Positions 1-11,231 of a DNA stretch of 64,000 nucleotides are shown here, piece after piece. Position numbers and translations under genes: made by a program. The stretch comes from an uncultured beta proteobacterium. Lineage in GTDB: Bacteria > Pseudomonadota > Gammaproteobacteria > Burkholderiales > Rhodocyclaceae. The stretch is from contig CAVTQQ010000001.1 of assembly GCA_963736865.1 (NCBI GenBank), positions 170,821 through 234,820 of the forward strand, written 5' to 3'. Every line of letters starts with the position of its first letter. The stretch's first letter is position 1. The notes below the pieces were generated by a model. The model was not told where the DNA came from and did no database searches. It saw only the letters and a program-made list of their open reading frames with translations.

Positions 1-497
1 AGCTTGCCGCTCACCGAGGTGTCGAGAACTTTGTCGCCGACCACCACCTTGACGCCGCCGATCAGCGCCGGCTCGATCACCACCGACAGCTGCAAGGGTC
101 CAAAGCGACCCTCGAGGAGGGTCTTGAGGTCGCGAAGTTGTATCTCGTCCATCGGGAAGGCGGAATGGATGACGCCATCCTTCACCCCATCTTCACCTTG
201 CTTCAGGGCCTGGAACTGCGCGGCGATTTCGGACAGACAGGCCAGTCGGCCATTCTCGGCCAGCAGTTGGATGAAGTTGCCGACCTCGGCATCGGATCCA
301 CCAACCGCGCGGAACAGATCCTCTACCTGGGCTGGGGCAATATTGGGATTGCCGATCAGGGCACTCGCCTGCGGGTCGTCGGCAAGCTGGGCCAAGCGGC
401 CCAGCGCGTCGGACCAGGCGAGCAGCGCCTGCCGTTCCCTCGCCAGGCGAAAAGCGGCCTCGGCATAGGGTCGGGCGATGGTGGCGATTTCAGCCAT
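1..497 (-). CDS. atpH: ATP synthase F1 delta subunit (OSCP), C-terminal end cut by window edge
   Basis: Own translation of the minus strand from ATG at 497-495 gives MAEIATIARPYAEAAFRLARE... The frame stays open to position 1. It lies directly upstream of atpF in the canonical atp operon order. Confidence 0.85.
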   Translation of the reverse strand, partial: MAEIATIARPYAEAAFRLARERQALLAWSDALGRLAQLADDPQASALIGNPNIAPAQVEDLFRAVGGSDAEVGNFIQLLAENGRLACLSEIAAQFQALKQGEDGVKDGVIHSAFPMDEIQLRDLKTLLEGRFGPLQLSVVIEPALIGGVKVVVGDKVLDTSVSGK

Positions 498-501
498 GGG
501 A

Positions 502-972
502 TCAGAGTTCCTGTTTCAGGGACACAAGCATGTCCGCATGGGCGGCGGCATTGATCTCCCGGCGCAGGATCTTCTCGGCGCCGACAACCGCCAACTCCGC
601 AACCCGCTCGCGCAGGTGTTGCTTGGCACGCTCGGCCTCCTGCTCGATCTCGGCCTTGGCGGAAGCAACCACCTTGTCGGCTTCGCCGCGGGCGGCTGTC
701 TTGGCATCCTCGATGATCTGCTGGGCGCGACGCTCGGCCTGGGCCAGCACTTCGGTCGACTTCTCCTTGGTCTCGCGGAGTACGTCGGCCGAACGGCGGG
801 CCGCCAATTCCAGATCATGCCGGCCACGTTCGGCGGCGGCCAGACCTTCGGCGATGGTCTTCTGCCGATTGTCGATGGCCGTCCGCAGTGGCGGCCAGAC
901 AAACTTCACCGTGAACCAGATGAAGATGGCGAAGGCGACCGCTTGGGAAATAAGGGTCAGATTAATATTCAT
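502..972 (-). CDS. atpF: ATP synthase F0 subunit b
   Basis: 156-aa ORF with an N-terminal TM helix ([20 protein letters not shown]) followed by a long charged coiled coil. Operon context supports the call. Confidence 0.93.
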   Translation of the reverse strand: MNINLTLISQAVAFAIFIWFTVKFVWPPLRTAIDNRQKTIAEGLAAAERGRHDLELAARRSADVLRETKEKSTEVLAQAERRAQQIIEDAKTAARGEADKVVASAKAEIEQEAERAKQHLRERVAELAVVGAEKILRREINAAAHADMLVSLKQEL

Positions 973-1023
973 GGTTCCACCGCGTGGGTCGGATGAAAAT
1001 CGGTGACCAGGGTAATTGCTCGA

Positions 1024-1362
<339 letters not shown>

Positions 1363-2172
1363 TTAGTGGCTTTCGTGCGCCATCGCCAAATAGACGACGG
1401 TGAGCATCATGAAAATGAAGGCCTGCAAGACGACAATCAGGATGTGAAAGATCGCCCAGCCAGCGCCGAGCACAGCGCCGAAGAAGGTGCCGGCCAGGCC
1501 CGTGGCGGCCCACATGCCGAGCAGCAGGAAGATGATTTCCCCGGCGTACATGTTGCCGTAGAGACGCAGCGAGTGCGACAAGGGCTTGGAGACGTACTCG
1601 ATGATGTTGAGCAGGAAGTTGGCCGGCCACAGCAGCGGATGGCTGCCGAACGGGGAACAGAACAGTTCGTGGATCCAACCGCCCAGGCCCTTCACTTTGA
1701 TGCTGTAAAACAGCATCAGGAACCACACCGCCAAGGCCAGCGCAAAGGTGGTATTGATATCGGCGGTCGGCACCATGCGCCACTCGTGTAAACCCACGGC
1801 GCCAAGCATCTTGGCCATGATATCGACCGGAAGGAAGTCCATGGCGTTCATCAGCAACACCCAGACGAATACGGTCAGGGCGGCTGGCGCCACGAAGGCA
1901 TGACGGTCGCCGTGAAAGATCCCCTTGACCTGGTCGTCGACGAATTCGATCGCCAGTTCAACGAAGGCCTGACGCTTGCCCGGGACGCCAGCGGTCGCGC
2001 CGCGCACCACCCACCAGAGGAAGCCAAATGCCAAGACACCGAGAATCAGGGACGTCACGACGGTATCGACGTGCAGCACCCAGAAGTCGCCCGTGCTGAC
2101 TGGTTTCTGCAGGAAGCTCAGATGGTGGCTGATGTAGGAGGTAGGTGTCAGCGTGGTTTCAGCAGCAGACAT
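1363..2172 (-). CDS. atpB: ATP synthase F0 subunit a
   Basis: 269-aa polytopic ORF carrying the conserved [13 protein letters not shown] motif. Confidence 0.95.
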   Translation of the reverse strand: MSAAETTLTPTSYISHHLSFLQKPVSTGDFWVLHVDTVVTSLILGVLAFGFLWWVVRGATAGVPGKRQAFVELAIEFVDDQVKGIFHGDRHAFVAPAALTVFVWVLLMNAMDFLPVDIMAKMLGAVGLHEWRMVPTADINTTFALALAVWFLMLFYSIKVKGLGGWIHELFCSPFGSHPLLWPANFLLNIIEYVSKPLSHSLRLYGNMYAGEIIFLLLGMWAATGLAGTFFGAVLGAGWAIFHILIVVLQAFIFMMLTVVYLAMAHESH

Positions 2173-2194
2173 TTCGAGCCCTAGAAGAATTCAG

Positions 2195-2593
2195 TTAATC
2201 ACCAGATACTGCAAACGCGATCCCAGACAGCAGGACCGAAATCATGAAGGCGCCAAAGAAAGCCACCACGACCATGTCGTGGTAGGTAGCAAACACCAGC
2301 CACAACAGCAACACAACTACCAGCACCTTGGCGGCCTCGGCACGCAGGGCGATTCTCACCGCCTTCTCGGACCCCTCCGCCTGACGCTTGGAGACCAGGG
2401 CAAAAACCCACACGCCCGCGACACCGATGCCGCCTCCCAGGACCGCCGAAACGAAACCCGTACTTCCCGCCAAAACGCCCGCCAGAATTGCCAGGGCGGC
2501 GGTTGCAGCCGCCTGCCACAGCATCGTCAGACGAAACGCCCGATGAATCCCGGCTGCCGCTCCACCGACCCCGGCCAACCAAAAGGCCATCAA
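2195..2593 (-). CDS. atpI: ATP synthase protein I
   Basis: 132-aa small hydrophobic ORF at the first position of the atp operon. The start is TTG at 2593 or ATG at 2590. Confidence 0.7.
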   Translation of the reverse strand: MMAFWLAGVGGAAAGIHRAFRLTMLWQAAATAALAILAGVLAGSTGFVSAVLGGGIGVAGVWVFALVSKRQAEGSEKAVRIALRAEAAKVLVVVLLLWLVFATYHDMVVVAFFGAFMISVLLSGIAFAVSGD

Positions 2594-2689
2594 AAAAAAC
2601 CTGAAGATTCTAACGGAATCTTATGGAGCAGGTCAATTGTTGCATTGCAGCAAGTTTTTTGCAAGGGAAATATCTCGCTCTCCAAGCAG

Positions 2690-3289
2690 TCACACGCCGG
2701 CAAAGGCCGCTTCGATCTCGGCGAAAGTGCGGGCGACTTCATGGGTTGTCAAATCGACCCCCAACTGGCGAGCAATCTGCGAGGCCGAGAAGATGCCCCG
2801 CAAGGTCTGCTTTCCCGCCTCGACGTCAGGATCGACGACCAAGGTGTGCTGGCGACCGCAGGTCTCGAGGGTGGCGACGATGTGGCCAACCTCGGCGCGT
2901 TGCACATCGCTCATCTGGATCGCCTCCATATCTTCGAGATTGGTCATCACGTCGCGCACTTCCAGCTCCTCGCGCTTGGCGCCACGCGCCTGGGCAACGC
3001 GCACCGGCTTTTCCCCGAGCAGGTCGCGGGCGGTGACGACGCCGGAGATGCGACCGTTCTTCTCCACGACCAGCAGCAGCCGCACACCGCGCAGCAACAT
3101 GTGCTGGTTGGCTTGGTGGAGAGTCTCCTGGGGCGTCACGGTGGCAGGCGGAATACGCAAGAGGTCGGTCATGACCTCAATGGCCGGCGAGTTTACCGTG
3201 ACGAAAGTCGGGTTGAGCGCACCACCGACGTAACACCCCCCGGAACAGACAGCCACTTGTGGCAGCGGTTTGTAGCGATCCTTGATCAT
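2690..3289 (-). CDS. CBS-domain-containing protein
   Basis: 199-aa ORF with a CBS-pair-like pattern (GVRLLLVVEKNGRISGVVTARDLL ... HTLVVDPD...LRGIFSASQI). Confidence 0.7.
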   Translation of the reverse strand: MIKDRYKPLPQVAVCSGGCYVGGALNPTFVTVNSPAIEVMTDLLRIPPATVTPQETLHQANQHMLLRGVRLLLVVEKNGRISGVVTARDLLGEKPVRVAQARGAKREELEVRDVMTNLEDMEAIQMSDVQRAEVGHIVATLETCGRQHTLVVDPDVEAGKQTLRGIFSASQIARQLGVDLTTHEVARTFAEIEAAFAGV

Positions 3290-3328
3290 CGTTGTCTCCT
3301 GCTCACGGGTGTCGATGGAACCGACATT

Positions 3329-4189
3329 CTATGCATTTCCGCGCAATCGTTGCAGCAAACCATCCAACTGATCGAGACTGGCGAAGCGGATGCTCAGATT
3401 ACCGGCGCCTTTTCGATTGGCGGCGATCTTGACCGTGGCGCCCAAGCTATCGGCCAGATCTTCCTCAAGCCGCTGCAAGTCCCGATTCGGCACCTGGCCC
3501 CCCGGAGTCTTCTTTGCAGGCGGATTCAGCTCGCGGGCGACAGCGCGTTCCGTCTCGCGCACCGACCAGCCCTTCTCCACCACAACGCTGGCCACCCTGC
3601 CCTGCTCGACCTTGGCCAAGGGCAGCAAGGCGCGAGCGTGGCCCATTTCGATGTCGCCAGCCATGAGCATGTCCTGGGCCGGCTTCGCCAACTGTAGCAA
3701 GCGCAGCAAATTGGAGGCCGCGGAGCGGGAACGGCCCACCGCATCCGCCGCCTGTTGGTGGGTCATGCCGAACTCGTCGATTAGACGTTGCAGGCCGGCG
3801 GCTTCTTCGAGCGGGTTGAGATCTTCACGCTGGATGTTTTCGATCAGCGACATGGCCAGCACGGCCTCGTCGGGAATGTCGCGGATCAACACCGGTACCT
3901 CGGTCAGGCCGGCGATCTGGGCCGCGCGCCAGCGCCGTTCGCCGGCGATGATCTCATAGCGGTTGCCGCCGACCGGCCGGACCGAGATCGGCTGGATCAG
4001 GCCCTGCGCCTTGATCGAAGCGGCCAGATCCTCCAACGAGCCTGGATCCATGCGCGTGCGCGGCTGGTACTTGCCCGGCTGCAACACGCCGACCGACAGC
4101 ATTTCCTGCCGGCTGGCATCCGGCGCATTGTTGGCGGCGAGCAGGGCATCGAGGCCGCGGCCGAGGCCTTTCATCTTTGGTGGATTCAC
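3329..4189 (-). CDS. parB: Chromosome partitioning protein ParB (parS-binding)
   Basis: 286-aa ORF with ParB-box motifs ([23 protein letters not shown]) and an HTH ([24 protein letters not shown]). It follows parA. Confidence 0.95.
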   Translation of the reverse strand: MNPPKMKGLGRGLDALLAANNAPDASRQEMLSVGVLQPGKYQPRTRMDPGSLEDLAASIKAQGLIQPISVRPVGGNRYEIIAGERRWRAAQIAGLTEVPVLIRDIPDEAVLAMSLIENIQREDLNPLEEAAGLQRLIDEFGMTHQQAADAVGRSRSAASNLLRLLQLAKPAQDMLMAGDIEMGHARALLPLAKVEQGRVASVVVEKGWSVRETERAVARELNPPAKKTPGGQVPNRDLQRLEEDLADSLGATVKIAANRKGAGNLSIRFASLDQLDGLLQRLRGNA

Positions 4190-4193
4190 AGTG

Positions 4194-4967
4194 CTATTCC
4201 TTCCAGGACTTGACGCGTTCGATCATTTCGGCAGCGAAGGCCAGATACGCCTGCGCGCCCTTCGACGATTTGTCGAACAGCACGCCGGGCACACCGTAGC
4301 TGGGCGCCTCGGCAAGACGGACGTTCCTCGGCACCAGGGTCTTGAACACCTTGTCGCCAAAGTGCTCCTCCAGTTGGGCCGACACCTGATTCGACAGGGT
4401 GGAGCGCGGGTCGAACATCACCCGCAACAGACCTATGATCTTCAGGTCACGGTTCAGGTTGGCATGTACCTTCTTGATGGTGTTCACCAGGTCGGACAAG
4501 CCCTCCAGCGCATAGTATTCGCACTGCATCGGTATGACGACGCCATGGGCGGCGCACAGGCCGTTAAGCGTCAGCAAGGATAGCGAGGGCGGACAGTCGA
4601 TCAGGACAAAGTCATAGTCGGCGCTGTGTGCCGCGAGCGCTTCCTTCAGCCGGTTCTCGCGCCGCTCCAGCTCGACCATTTCTATTTCCGCGCCGGCCAG
4701 GTCGCGATTGGCGGGCAGCACATCGTAGCCACCCGCCGCGGAAGGCACGCGCGCCTCGGCCAGGGTCGCCAGGCCGACCAGCAATTGATAGACGGAGCGC
4801 GTCAGGTTGCGCTTGTCCACGCCGCTACCCATGGTGGCGTTGCCCTGCGGGTCCAGATCGACCAGCAGCGTGCGCCGCCCCTGGAGGCTCAGCGCAGCCG
4901 CCAGGTTAACCGAAGTGGTGGTCTTGCCTACGCCGCCTTTCTGGTTGGCAATGGCGAAGATGTGCAT
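4194..4967 (-). CDS. parA: Chromosome partitioning ATPase ParA/Soj
   Basis: Start set at the internal ATG (4967-4965), giving [18 protein letters not shown] (deviant Walker A). The 116-aa upstream extension of the track ORF is Arg/Pro-rich read-through. The start overlaps the rsmG stop by 1 nt. Confidence 0.93.
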   Translation of the reverse strand: MHIFAIANQKGGVGKTTTSVNLAAALSLQGRRTLLVDLDPQGNATMGSGVDKRNLTRSVYQLLVGLATLAEARVPSAAGGYDVLPANRDLAGAEIEMVELERRENRLKEALAAHSADYDFVLIDCPPSLSLLTLNGLCAAHGVVIPMQCEYYALEGLSDLVNTIKKVHANLNRDLKIIGLLRVMFDPRSTLSNQVSAQLEEHFGDKVFKTLVPRNVRLAEAPSYGVPGVLFDKSSKGAQAYLAFAAEMIERVKSWKE

Positions 4968-5566
4968 CAGCTTTTCTCCAGGACTATCAAGTGGCGCTCG
5001 GCGGCGAGGCCGGGAACGATCAGTTTCACGGTATCGGCTACCCGCCAAGTGGCCGGCAGATGGTCGATTTCCGCTTGCGGGTACATACCCTTCATGGCCA
5101 ACAGTCGCGGCGCGAGATGGCCGGCCTGGCCGACAAACTCCGTCAGGTCGGCAAAAGCCCGCGAGACAACCGCGTCGAAACGTCCCGTCAGTGCTTCGAC
5201 GCGGCCACAATGGACGCTTACATTGCCCAGAGCGAGTTCGATTCCGGCCTGCCGCTGAAAGGCCGCCTTCTTCTGGTTCGCCTCGACCGAAGTCAGTTGC
5301 AGGTCGGGCCGGCAAATTGCCAGTGGCAGCCCCGGTAGGCCACCACCACTACCGACATCGGCCAACGTCGCCAGTCCAGCGATATGCGGCAGGATGGCCA
5401 GCGAATCGAGCAGGTGATGCGTGACCATCTGCGCCGGATCGCGGATCGCCGTCAGGTTGTACGTCCGGTTCCACTTGCCAAGCATGGCGAGATAGCCCTC
5501 CAGCTTGGCCTCGGCACCGGCAGGCAAAATCAAGCCAAGAGTGGCGATACCGGCAGCGAGCCTCAC
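4967..5566 (-). CDS. rsmG: 16S rRNA (guanine527-N7)-methyltransferase
   Basis: 199-aa ORF with a SAM motif ([17 protein letters not shown]). It sits in the canonical mnmG-rsmG-parA-parB order. Confidence 0.92.
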   Translation of the reverse strand: MRLAAGIATLGLILPAGAEAKLEGYLAMLGKWNRTYNLTAIRDPAQMVTHHLLDSLAILPHIAGLATLADVGSGGGLPGLPLAICRPDLQLTSVEANQKKAAFQRQAGIELALGNVSVHCGRVEALTGRFDAVVSRAFADLTEFVGQAGHLAPRLLAMKGMYPQAEIDHLPATWRVADTVKLIVPGLAAERHLIVLEKS

Positions 5567-7439
5567 GATGCCTTCTTCTTCAGATGCACCAGCAGAAGTG
5601 AAATCGCCGCCGGCGTGACCCCCTGGACACGGGAGGCCTGACCAAGCGTAGCGGGTCTGTGCTGATTGAGCTTCTGCTGGACTTCAATGGAGAGACCGCG
5701 GACCCGCCGGTAGTCCAGATCGGCGGGCAGCGCCAAGGATTCGTGCGCCGCCGCCTTGGCCACTTCCTCCCGCTGGCGCTCTATGTAGCCGGCGTACTTG
5801 GCCTGGATTTCCACCTGCTCCACCACGTCAGGTGCCGTCAGACCCGGTCCGCATCCTGGCAGCGTAACCAAGTTGGCGTAGTTCACCTCCGGCCGACAGA
5901 GCAGGTCAAACAGTCGGTACTCGCGCTCCAGCGGCTGGCCGGTCACCCGCACGGCATCGGTCTCGGCGACCAGGCGCGGGTTGATCCATGTACCGCGCAG
6001 GCGCTCGGTCTCGCGGGCGATGGCATCCCGCTTACGATTGAAGGCGTCCCAGCGAACATCATCCACCAATCCGAGTTCGCGGCCGTCCTCGGTCAGGCGC
6101 AAGTCGGCATTGTCTTCGCGCAGGCTGAGGCGATATTCGGCCCGGCTGGTGAACATCCGGTAAGGTTCTGAGACGCCTCGGGTAATCAGATCGTCGATCA
6201 TCACCCCAAGGTAGGCCTGGTCACGCCGTACAATCCATGGCTCCCGACCACGAGAATGGCGGGCGGCGTTGACGCCCGCCAGCAAGCCCTGGGCGGCCGC
6301 CTCCTCGTAACCTGTGGTGCCATTGATCTGACCGGCGAAGAACAGGCCGGCGATGGACTTGGTCTCCAGAGAGGCCTTCAGGTTGCGCGGGTCGAAATAG
6401 TCGTACTCGATGGCATAGCCGGGACGAGTGACATGGACGTTCTCCAGGCCGCGAATTGAACGCAACAGCGCCAGTTGCACGTCAAAGGGCAAGCTGGTGG
6501 ACACGCCCTGCGGATAGATCTCATGGGTCGTGAGGCCCTCGGGCTCGAGGAACACCTGATGCTCGTCCTTGCCGGCGAACTTGTGGATCTTGTCCTCGAT
6601 CGACGGACAGTAGCGCGGCCCCACGCCCTCGATGACGCCGGTGAACATCGGCGACCGATCGAGACCGGCGCGAATGATGTCGTGGCTGCGGGCATTGGTA
6701 TGGGTAATCCAGCAAGCAACTTGGCGCGGATGCTGGTCGGCCCGGCCAAGGAAGGAAAACACCGGCACCGGCTCGTCACCCGGCTGGCGCTGTAGCGCCG
6801 AAAAATCGATGCTGCGGCCATCCAGGCGCGGCGGTGTGCCGGTCTTGAGCCGACCAGCCGGCAACTGCAACTCACGCAGCCGCTGCGCCAGCGAAATGGA
6901 CGGCGGGTCGCCGAAGCGGCCCGCCCGATAGTTTTCCAGTCCGACATGCACTAGGCCATTGAGAAAGGTACCTGCCGTCAGCACCACGCTGGGCGCCTCA
7001 AAGCGGATACCCAACTGGGTGACGACGCCGGTAACGCGATCACCCTGCACCGTCAGATCATCCGCCGCCTGCTGAAAGATGGTCAGATTGGGCTGATTTT
7101 CCAGCCGACCCCGGATCGCCTCCTTGTACAGATGGCGGTCGGCCTGGGCACGGGTTGCCCGCACGGCCGGCCCCTTCGAGGCATTGAGAATACGAAACTG
7201 GATGCCCGCCTCGTCGGTGGCGGCCGCCATCGCCCCCCCCAAGCGCATCAACCTCCTTGACCAGATGCCCTTTGCCGATGCCACCGATCGACGGATTGCA
7301 GGACATGGCACCGAGTGTCTCGATGTTGTGCGTCAGCAGCAGGGTCTTGGCGCCCGGCGCGCGCCGCCGCAAGCGCAGCCTCGGTGCCGGCATGGCCACC
7401 GCCGATCACAATGATGTCGAAACGGGTTGGGAAAAGCAT
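5563..7439 (-). CDS. mnmG: tRNA uridine-5-carboxymethylaminomethyl synthesis enzyme MnmG (GidA); frame interrupted twice as sequenced
   Basis: The N-terminus [29 protein letters not shown] is in one frame. [39 protein letters not shown] is in a second frame, and the rest (582-aa ORF) is in a third. The junctions fall at a 3-nt G run near 7354 and at the 8-nt C run 7233-7240. Confidence 0.9.
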
Positions 7440-7534
7440 CGCGGGAGAAGGCCGAAAAGTCGCAACCAGACGGGCTGGCCAGGGAGGCGCAATGATACGC
7501 CGATGGTCTGCAAAACCAAATCGACGCACCAACC

Positions 7535-7550
7535 TGTTTCACGTGAAACT
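7535..7550. other. parS: parS centromere-like site 1 (TGTTTCACGTGAAACT)
   Basis: 15 of 16 matches to the canonical ParB site TGTTNCACGTGAAACA, with a perfect 14-bp palindromic core GTTTCACGTGAAAC. Confidence 0.85.
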
Positions 7551-7561
7551 ACGCAATGCGC

Positions 7562-7577
7562 CGTTTCACGTGAAACA
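7562..7577. other. parS: parS centromere-like site 2 (CGTTTCACGTGAAACA)
   Basis: 15 of 16 matches to the canonical parS with the same 14-bp core. Its centre lies 27 bp from site 1. Confidence 0.85.
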
Positions 7578-7582
7578 ACAAC

Positions 7583-8323
7583 CTAGTGCTTTCCCCCTAG
7601 CCCCAGATAACTCTCCACCACCCTGGGGTTTCCCGACAGCTCATCGCTTGGCCCAGAGAGCGCAACCTCCCCGGTTTCCAGCACATAGCCATAGTCCGCC
7701 ACCTGCAACGCCGCCCGGGCATTCTGCTCAACAAGCAGTATCGCCACGCCGGTCTTCCGCAGGCTGGCAAGAATATGAAAGATCTCCCGAACAATCAGCG
7801 GCGCCAAGCCAAGGCTGGGCTCGTCCAGCATCAACAGTTTGGGTTTGGCCATCAGCGCCCGCCCCACCGCAAGCATTTGCCGCTCGCCGCCAGACAACGT
7901 CCCAGCCTGCTGGTTGCGCCGCTCCTGCAGACGCGGGAAGATACGATACACCTCGGCCATGGTCTGCGCCTCGTCGCGATGTCCCAACCGTCGCCTCATG
8001 AACGCGCCAAGCCGCAGATTGTCTTCCACGCTCATCTCACCGAACAACTCACGCTTCTCGGGAACCAGCGTCATGCCCATGGCCACCATCCGCTCGACCT
8101 CGACCTCGCTCTGCCGCGACCCCAGGAAGTCGATGTCCCCGGAAGCATACGGCAACAGCCCCATTATCGAAGCCAGCAGCGTGGTCTTGCCCGCTCCGTT
8201 CGGGCCAATCACAGTGACTATCTCGCCAGCCCGCACCTTCAGCGTAACGTGATGCAGGGCCTCGACCTTCCCGTACGACACGCACAGGTCATCAACTGCC
8301 AGAACGACCGGCTGCTCCATCAA
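7583..8323 (-). CDS. livF: Branched-chain amino-acid ABC transporter ATP-binding protein (LivF type)
   Basis: 246-aa ORF with Walker [11 protein letters not shown], signature LSGGERQ and Walker B LLMLDEPS. Confidence 0.92.
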   Translation of the reverse strand: MMEQPVVLAVDDLCVSYGKVEALHHVTLKVRAGEIVTVIGPNGAGKTTLLASIMGLLPYASGDIDFLGSRQSEVEVERMVAMGMTLVPEKRELFGEMSVEDNLRLGAFMRRRLGHRDEAQTMAEVYRIFPRLQERRNQQAGTLSGGERQMLAVGRALMAKPKLLMLDEPSLGLAPLIVREIFHILASLRKTGVAILLVEQNARAALQVADYGYVLETGEVALSGPSDELSGNPRVVESYLGLGGKH

Positions 8324-10104
8324 TCGACCCCACCCAGATAAGCCTCGATCACGTCCGGATTGTTCTGAATATCCTCCGGCAGACCCTCGGCGATTTTCTC
8401 GCCGAACTCCATCACGACCACGCGGTCGGCAAGCCCCATGACGAAATCCATGTCGTGCTCGACCAGCAAGATACCCATGCCCTCGTCCCGCAAACGGCGC
8501 AGCAGATCAGCCAGCGTCTGCTTTTCCAGATAGCGCAAACCGGCAGCCGGTTCATCGAGCAATAGCAGGCAGGGATCCGCCGCCAAGGCGCGCGCGATCT
8601 CGACGATCCGCTGCTGCCCCAGGGCCAGACTACCGGCGGCATCGAACAGATGCTCCCTCAGACCGACCCGCTCGACCTGCCGGGCCGCCTCGGCCAACAA
8701 TCGTCCCTCCTCGACACGCTCCGCATGGGTCGCGGCAGCGACCACACCCCGCCGACCCCGCAAGTGCGCGCCAATGGCGACATTCTCCAGCACGGACATG
8801 CCCGGCAGCAGACGCACATGCTGAAAAGTACGACTCATGCCGAGGCGGGCAATTTGGCGCGACGCCCGGCCATCAACCCGCTCGCCCAGAAAATGCACTT
8901 CGCCGGAGGTGGGCGGATCGACGCCGGTGATCAGATTGAACAGCGTGCTCTTGCCAGCCCCGTTCGGCCCGATCAGGGCAAGAATCTCCCCGGCGGCGAC
9001 ACCGAGGCTCATGTGATTGTTGGCAGTCAGGCCGCCGAATTTCTTGACCGCGTCCTTGACCTCGAGCAGTCCCGTGCCCGCTTTCGGTTTGTCCCGCCGA
9101 GCCAAAGGCGCGGCTTGCGGGACATCGCGTCGCCGCGCCTTGATCGGCACCAGCCGGCAAATCACCGGCCAAAGCCCTTCGCGGGCGCGATGCAGAACAA
9201 AGATCATGAGCAGACCGAAGACAATGATCTCGAAGTTCCCGGAAGCGCCGAAGATCTTCGGCAGCAGATCCTGCAACCACTGCTTGAGCACGGTAATCAG
9301 GCCCGCTCCAACCAAAGCACCCCAGACATGGCCGGCACCACCGATCACCGCCATGAACAGGTACTCGATGCCGATATGCAAACCGAAGGGGGTCGGATTG
9401 ACGAACCGCTGCAGATGGGCATAAAGCCATCCGGATACAGCGGCAAAGCCGGCGGCAATCAGGAAGATGGTCATCTTGGAGCGGGCCGTATTGACTCCCA
9501 TGGCCTCGGCCATGACACTGCCACCCTTCAAGGCCCGGATGGCCCGCCCCTCGCGGGAATCCAGCAAGTTCTGCGTTAGCCAGATTGCGCCCAACAGCGC
9601 CACCCAGATCACATAGTAGAAATCGCGACCGTCCTTCAGTTCGAAGCCGAACACGCCCAACGCCGGTATGCCCGACATGCCGGTATGGCCCCCGAGAAAC
9701 GACACATTGCCAAACAGGAAGTACAGGGACATGCCCCAGGCAATGGTACCCAAAGGCAGGTAGTGGCCTGACAGGCGGAGAGTCAGGAGCCCGAGCAAGG
9801 CCGCCACGGACGTGGTCACCAACAGGCTTGCCACCAGTGCCAGCCAGGGCGATGCGAACCAGGCCAGCATCGCCGGGAGTCCTTCCGAGGTGGTCAAATA
9901 AGCCGTGGTATAAGCACCCAAGCCCACAAAGGCGGCCTGTCCGAACGAAGTGAGCCCTCCCACGCCGGTCAACAGAACCAGTCCAAGCGCCACCAGGGCA
10001 TAGAGCCCGATGTAGTTGAGCAGAGTGATGTGAAACTCCGGCAGAACCACGGGACCGAGCACCAGCAGCAGCACGAAACCGACAATCAGCAAGCGCTGGC
10101 TCAC
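8320..10104 (-). CDS. Fused branched-chain amino-acid ABC permease (LivM-like) and ATP-binding (LivG-like) protein
   Basis: The GTG start at 10104 overlaps the livH stop (GTGA). The N-terminal polytopic permease part begins [13 protein letters not shown]. The C-terminal ATPase has [16 protein letters not shown] and [11 protein letters not shown]. Confidence 0.85.
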   Translation of the reverse strand: MSQRLLIVGFVLLLVLGPVVLPEFHITLLNYIGLYALVALGLVLLTGVGGLTSFGQAAFVGLGAYTTAYLTTSEGLPAMLAWFASPWLALVASLLVTTSVAALLGLLTLRLSGHYLPLGTIAWGMSLYFLFGNVSFLGGHTGMSGIPALGVFGFELKDGRDFYYVIWVALLGAIWLTQNLLDSREGRAIRALKGGSVMAEAMGVNTARSKMTIFLIAAGFAAVSGWLYAHLQRFVNPTPFGLHIGIEYLFMAVIGGAGHVWGALVGAGLITVLKQWLQDLLPKIFGASGNFEIIVFGLLMIFVLHRAREGLWPVICRLVPIKARRRDVPQAAPLARRDKPKAGTGLLEVKDAVKKFGGLTANNHMSLGVAAGEILALIGPNGAGKSTLFNLITGVDPPTSGEVHFLGERVDGRASRQIARLGMSRTFQHVRLLPGMSVLENVAIGAHLRGRRGVVAAATHAERVEEGRLLAEAARQVERVGLREHLFDAAGSLALGQQRIVEIARALAADPCLLLLDEPAAGLRYLEKQTLADLLRRLRDEGMGILLVEHDMDFVMGLADRVVVMEFGEKIAEGLPEDIQNNPDVIEAYLGGVD

Positions 10105-11139
10105 TCCTCTTCCTCCACGTGGCGCGTGGTCAGCGAGCGCCACACCAGCACCGGGATGATCAGGGTAAACACGATCACCTCCTTGAAAGCCGACGCCCAG
10201 AACGAGGAGAACGATTCCAGCAGACCAACCAGGATTGCGCCGGCCGCCGCCACCGGATAGCTGGCCAGACCGCCGACGATCGCGGCAACAAAACCCTTCA
10301 GGCCAATAAGGAAACCCGTGTCGTAGTAGACCGTGGTAATCGGTGCGATGAGAATGCCCGAGAACGCGCCAATCGCGGCAGCCAGCAGGAACGACAGCCT
10401 GCCGGCCTGGGTGGTCGAGATGCCCATCAAACGGGCCCCGACCCGGTTGATGGCCGTGGCACGCAGCGCCTTGCCCCACAGGCTGCGCTCGAAGAACAGG
10501 TACAGCGCAACGATCAGCACGATGCTGGCGCCCGCCACCCAGAGTGTCTGGCCGGAGACCGTGACGCCACCCCAGTCGAAACTGGCGTCGGAAAACGCCG
10601 GGGTACGCGAACCCTCGGCACCGAAGAACAGCAGGCCGAGGCCGACCAGGGTCAGATGTACCGCCACCGAGACAATCAGCAGGACAAGAACCGACGCCGA
10701 GGCGAGCGGCTGGTAGGCCAGCCGGTAGACCATCGGCCCCAGCGGCACCACCAAGGCCAGGGCCAGCGCCACTTGCAGCAACAGCGGCCAAGCCGTGGGC
10801 TCGCCCAGGAAGACGACAGCCGCCGCCACGGCTCGGATAGGCGAGATTCCAGCCCAGCGCCGATGCGAGCCGGCGCAAGGTGCCACTACGGATGGCAATG
10901 CCGATTTCAATCGCCGCAACCGCCGCGCCCAGTCCCAGCAGTAGCCAGAGCGTGCCCGGGGTCTTGCCGGCCTGAAAGCTGGCCAGCGTCAGGGCACCGA
11001 AGGCGACGAATTCGCCTTGAGGAATGAAGATAACGCGGGTGACGGCGAAGACCAGCACCAGCGCCAGCGCCAGGAGCGCATAGATCGCGCCATTGACGAT
11101 ACCGTCCTGGCCCAGCAGCAGAGCGATTTGCAGATCCAT
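10101..11139 (-). CDS. livH: Branched-chain amino-acid ABC permease (LivH-like); one frameshift near 10850 as sequenced
   Basis: The N-terminus [31 protein letters not shown] is in one frame and the remainder is in the frame of ORF 10101..10919. The length of 1039 nt is not a multiple of 3. Confidence 0.85.
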
Positions 11140-11231
11140 CGATAGTTCTGTCTATTGGCGGCAGAAACAGCAGGGGCGCCCGTGCTTGCACAAGGGGCGC
11201 CCCTGCCGCGTAGCGGGAAGTATACGCCTAC

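Noticed and set aside
2596-2636. A possible sigma-70 promoter for atpI on the minus strand (TTGACC-N18-TAGAAT), overlapping a weak AAGATTC/GAATCTT hairpin followed by a T8 run.
   Set aside because: It would leave a leader of only about 7 nt with no RBS before atpI. The hairpin is short and AT-rich. Promoter and terminator readings conflict and neither can be supported.
2153-3697. Very long ORFs antisense to real genes. Examples are 2153..3697 plus, 20549..22138 minus, 22408..24261 minus, 41171..43690 plus, 53895..56522 minus and 29218..30492 minus.
   Set aside because: Their products are Arg/Gly/Pro/Ala-rich low-complexity sequences with no motifs, and each lies opposite a well-supported conserved gene. 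Such stop-free antisense frames are expected in high-GC DNA.
4968-5315. A 116-aa N-terminal extension of the parA track ORF. Similar long extensions occur on the substrate-binding protein (to 12567), the PlsC-like gene (from 37236) and the AMP-ligase (from 24745).
   Set aside because: The extensions are Arg/Pro-rich and overlap upstream genes. Conserved N-termini with RBS or coupled start/stop overlaps are found at the internal starts I used.
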